Source: Actinomycetota bacterium
GTDB taxonomy: Bacteria > Actinomycetota > Actinomycetes > Nanopelagicales > Nanopelagicaceae
DNA length: 44,313 nt
Direction of reading: 5' to 3'
Assembly: GCA_009702525.1 (NCBI GenBank)
Contig: WLHW01000001.1
Coordinates: forward strand, 1 to 44,313
Shown here: positions 41,573 to 44,313 of the stretch, piece after piece
Position numbering within the stretch: the stretch's first letter is position 1
Layout: the number at the start of each line of letters is the position of its first letter
Program-made: the position numbers and the translations under genes
The notes under the pieces: model-generated
What the model was told of the DNA's origin: nothing
Databases searched by the model: none
Seen by the model: only the letters and a program-made list of their open reading frames with translations

Positions 41573-42613
41573 TTACGACAAAGTCTGTGAAAGTTCTGCC
41601 CATCGCGATAACAATTTAGTAGCAGCCCCAGAATCGATAGCTCTCACTGCTTTCTCAATTCCACCAGCAATTCGATCATGTAATCCGAGTTCATGGTGGC
41701 CTTCATAGGCAGCAATAGCCGCGGCTGCGTTCAAAACAACTGCATCGCGAGGTGCGCCTCTTTCACCGGCAAAAATCGCTGTAGTGATTCGCGCATTTTC
41801 GATTGCATCTCCCCCTGCTAAGGCCGAGATGGGCGCATGCGCAATTGAGAAATCTGTTGGGTCTAGGAGGTCACTTCTGATCTCTGCCTGACCAATAGTT
41901 AATACTGAAGTAGTCGTTGCTAATGTAATTTCATCAAGCCCATCATCACCTCGGAAAACAAAGCCATCCACGCCTCGATCTCCCAGAACTTGAGCCATCA
42001 CTAAATGCATCCGCTCATTAGCTACCCCAATTGCAGCAGCTTGTGGCTTGGCTGGATTTGCAAGTGGTCCCAAAATATTAAATACAGTTGGTATGCCTAA
42101 CTCTTTACGTGCCGGGCCAGCAAAGCGCATTGCCGGATGAAAAACCGGCGCGAAACAAAAGCCGATTCCTAACTCTGCAAAACTCTTTTCAACGCCTTTA
42201 CCATCAAGGGTGATACACACGCCCAAAGCTTCAAGTAAATCCGCCGCTCCAGATTTCGAAGATGCGGCACGGTTACCGTGCTTAATCACTTTAGCGCCAG
42301 CTGCCGCTGCAATTATCGCTGCCGTAGTAGAAATATTTATCGTATGTGCACCATCTCCACCTGTACCAACTGTGTCCACTGCTCGTTCGAGAATTGATAT
42401 CGGTGCAGCGTGCTCGTACATTTGAGTTATCAAGGCTCCGACCTCTTCTGCGGTCTCGCCCTTATTTTTAAGTGCTAACAAAAACTCTTTGATACGTTCG
42501 CTTTCGGCGCGGCCTTCAAGAATCTCACGCATGCACCACTGGACATCTGCCGGTTCAAGATCAAGGCCGCTATCTAATGTTGATAGGTAACGTGCCCATA
42601 ATTGGTCTGACAT
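41573..42613 (-). CDS. trpD: Anthranilate phosphoribosyltransferase
   Basis: DTVGTGGDG, NIST, KHGNR, GLDEI. Confidence 0.97.
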   Translation of the reverse strand: MSDQLWARYLSTLDSGLDLEPADVQWCMREILEGRAESERIKEFLLALKNKGETAEEVGALITQMYEHAAPISILERAVDTVGTGGDGAHTINISTTAAIIAAAAGAKVIKHGNRAASSKSGAADLLEALGVCITLDGKGVEKSFAELGIGFCFAPVFHPAMRFAGPARKELGIPTVFNILGPLANPAKPQAAAIGVANERMHLVMAQVLGDRGVDGFVFRGDDGLDEITLATTTSVLTIGQAEIRSDLLDPTDFSIAHAPISALAGGDAIENARITTAIFAGERGAPRDAVVLNAAAAIAAYEGHHELGLHDRIAGGIEKAVRAIDSGAATKLLSRWAELSQTLS

Positions 42614-42622
42614 ACAGACGAG

Positions 42623-43036
42623 TTAAGCAGAAGCTAGATGGGAGCCGCGCAGTAATTGAGCTGCGCTGTTTGCCAAAGTAAAAGGATCAATCGGGTGAAC
42701 GACAGAGGCTTCTGCCAATGACCACGCCGCTAACCATGAATCTTGCACTCGACCAGTAATCAAAAGAACTGGAGGGCAGTTAAATACTTCATCCTTTAAC
42801 TGCCTAGCGATTCCCATTCCACCCTCGGGACTGGCTTCACCATCGAGAATAAATAAATCAATATTGCTGTGTGAATCTACATATGCACGCAGCGCTGCAC
42901 CTGTAGCAAATTCATGGATGACGTGTTCTGCAATGTCGGAGGCGACTTTGCGTCCAAGTGCGGCGGAGATGGTTGCTCTCGTCGCGGAGTCATGGGAGTA
43001 GACCAGGATCTGCTTTTTAACATTGGACTCACTCAT
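42623..43036 (-). CDS. Stand-alone atypical receiver-domain protein
   Basis: ILVYSHD, DLFILDGE..PEGGMGIARQLK, PVLLITG; no output domain; actinobacterial trpD/ctaE neighbour. Confidence 0.82.
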   Translation of the reverse strand: MSESNVKKQILVYSHDSATRATISAALGRKVASDIAEHVIHEFATGAALRAYVDSHSNIDLFILDGEASPEGGMGIARQLKDEVFNCPPVLLITGRVQDSWLAAWSLAEASVVHPIDPFTLANSAAQLLRGSHLASA

Positions 43037-43095
43037 GCCGTTAATTCTAAAGCGTCAAAGGGCAAACTCCCAAGCCAGTAAGTAGGTGATTTTGG

Positions 43096-43111
43096 AGTGA
43101 CGTGTCTCATG
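43096..43111. promoter_or_regulatory. Candidate CRP/GlxR-family binding site
   Basis: AGTGA-CGTGTC-TCATG resembles TGTGA-N6-TCACA. Confidence 0.45.
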
Positions 43112-43188
43112 CCAAATTTAGGTCACGGCGCACTCGATACGCAGGTTGCTGCAGGACAGCGCGACGCTTTTAGGGAATAATCACGCCC

Positions 43189-43818
43189 ATGTCCAGCACA
43201 TCGGTTTCGGCCCACCACAAAATCACGCGTCCCAATGCCGTAGCCGTTGGAACTATTGTCTGGCTTTCAAGCGAGCTCATGTTCTTTGCCGCACTTTTCG
43301 CAATCTACTTCACTACCCGTGGAGTACAGGGCCCAAAGATTTGGCTTGAATCCAACCACCTTCTCAACATTCCATTTGCTGCGGCAAATACAACTGTCTT
43401 AGTTCTTTCATCGGTCACATGCCAATTTGGAGTCTTCGCCGCTGAGCGTTTTCAAAGCCGCAAAACCGGCAAGATGTATCAAATTAATAAGTGGGGAATG
43501 CGCGAATGGTTCTCGCTGACATTTCTAATGGGCGCGTTTTTCGTTGCTGGGCAAATTTATGAATACGCATCATTAGTGCATGAAGGTTTGACGCTTTCAT
43601 CAACTGCTTACGGTTCAGTTTTCTTTATTGCAACTGGGTTCCATGGTTTGCACGTAACTGGCGGCTTGATCGCATTCCTAATTGTTATTGTTCGAGTCGC
43701 AAAGGCGCGACGTTTCACACATGGCCAAGCGACTACAGCAATTGTAGTTTCATATTATTGGCACTTTGTCGATGTCGTGTGGATTGCACTGTTCTCTGCG
43801 ATCTACCTAATTAAGTAA
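43189..43818 (+). CDS. ctaE: Cytochrome c oxidase subunit III
   Basis: [27 protein letters not shown]. Confidence 0.97.
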   Translation: MSSTSVSAHHKITRPNAVAVGTIVWLSSELMFFAALFAIYFTTRGVQGPKIWLESNHLLNIPFAAANTTVLVLSSVTCQFGVFAAERFQSRKTGKMYQINKWGMREWFSLTFLMGAFFVAGQIYEYASLVHEGLTLSSTAYGSVFFIATGFHGLHVTGGLIAFLIVIVRVAKARRFTHGQATTAIVVSYYWHFVDVVWIALFSAIYLIK

Positions 43819-43834
43819 AGGGGCAATACACATA

Positions 43835-44313
43835 GTGAAGCGACTCTCTCGCTACCGCAGACATAAAGCTGCTGGACCATTTCTTCTAGTTTTAGCCCTA
43901 CTTGCTATTGGTACAACGTTCAATGTTGCCAGTGCAACTGTAAAGCAATCACCTAAAAGCTTTGCCAGATCTTCAGCAATTGAAGAAGGACGCCAAATCT
44001 TCTTAAAGGGATGCTCTTCGTGTCACGGCCTAAATGCAGAGGGTGGCGCAATCGCACCTTCTCTAATCGGCGTTGGCGCAGCATCTGTTGACTTTCAAGT
44101 TGGTACAGGGCGTATGCCAATGGCGGATATGAGTACTCAGGCAATGCGCAAGGCTCCTGTCTATAACGCCGAAGAAACTGCAGCTCTGGCAGCATATGTA
44201 GCCTCCCTAGCCCCTGGTCCTGCTATTCCAACTGATGCAGTTCTTAACTACGAGCGTGATGGCAATACTGCGCAAGGCGGAGAGTTATTTAGAAATAACT
44301 GCGCAATGTGTCA
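43835..44313 (+). CDS. qcrC: Diheme cytochrome c subunit of cytochrome bcc (runs off window end)
   Basis: Manual translation from GTG 43835 (AGGGG SD): MKRLSRYRRH..., CSSCHG, FQVGTGRMP, and second site CAMC(H) at the edge. Confidence 0.95.
   Translation, partial: MKRLSRYRRHKAAGPFLLVLALLAIGTTFNVASATVKQSPKSFARSSAIEEGRQIFLKGCSSCHGLNAEGGAIAPSLIGVGAASVDFQVGTGRMPMADMSTQAMRKAPVYNAEETAALAAYVASLAPGPAIPTDAVLNYERDGNTAQGGELFRNNCAMC

Noticed and set aside
43146-43349. 67-aa plus-strand ORF overlapping the ctaE start
   Set aside because: Out of frame over ctaE, TTG start without SD, no motif
43953-44195. 80-aa minus-strand ORF
   Set aside because: Antisense to qcrC, which the ORF track missed because it runs off the window
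1-44313. CRISPR arrays, rRNA, T-box leaders on the tRNA-ligase genes
   Set aside because: No spaced direct repeats or rRNA signatures seen; gaps before alaS, aspS, hisS and thrS are 0-21 bp, too short for T-boxes

Overview
A 44.3-kb, very gene-dense, mid-GC core-chromosome segment of a streamlined actinobacterium. Gene order, compactness and GC suggest the freshwater acI lineage (Nanopelagicales, Ca. Planktophila-like); this is inference. Most genes are on the minus strand: carB(partial)-carA-pyrC-pyrB-pyrR, a divergent bldD homolog, nusB-efp-aroQ-aroB-aroK-aroC-prepilin peptidase-aroE-mltG-ruvX-alaS-DUF948-aspS-hisS-MBL hydrolase, DUF349 (+), rel-secF-secD-ruvB-ruvA-ruvC-yebC-pdxT-pdxS-DUF3048-lemA-like-pimA-patA-pgsA, a 193-aa plus-strand ORF, HIT-thrS-pabC-like-pabB-like, tRNA-Gly/Cys/Val interrupted by a cupin gene, a small accessory run (GNAT, DinB-like, hypothetical, VOC, esterase), trpD, a stand-alone receiver protein, and ctaE-qcrC(partial). 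I saw no integrase, transposase, CRISPR array or rRNA. The most notable observations are: (1) a miniaturised, apparently GTPase-dead remnant of the EF-G2 G domain kept as a clean ORF with its own promoter; (2) a BldD homolog with an intact RxD-X8-RxxD c-di-GMP motif in a presumably non-sporulating planktonic cell; (3) repeated leaderless promoters whose -10 hexamer is written into the last codons or stop codon of the upstream gene, plus back-to-back divergent -10 elements; (4) a GNAT gene that appears to need a CTG/ATT start; (5) a structured leader upstream of DUF349. All family calls come from recognising motifs by eye; no searches were run.
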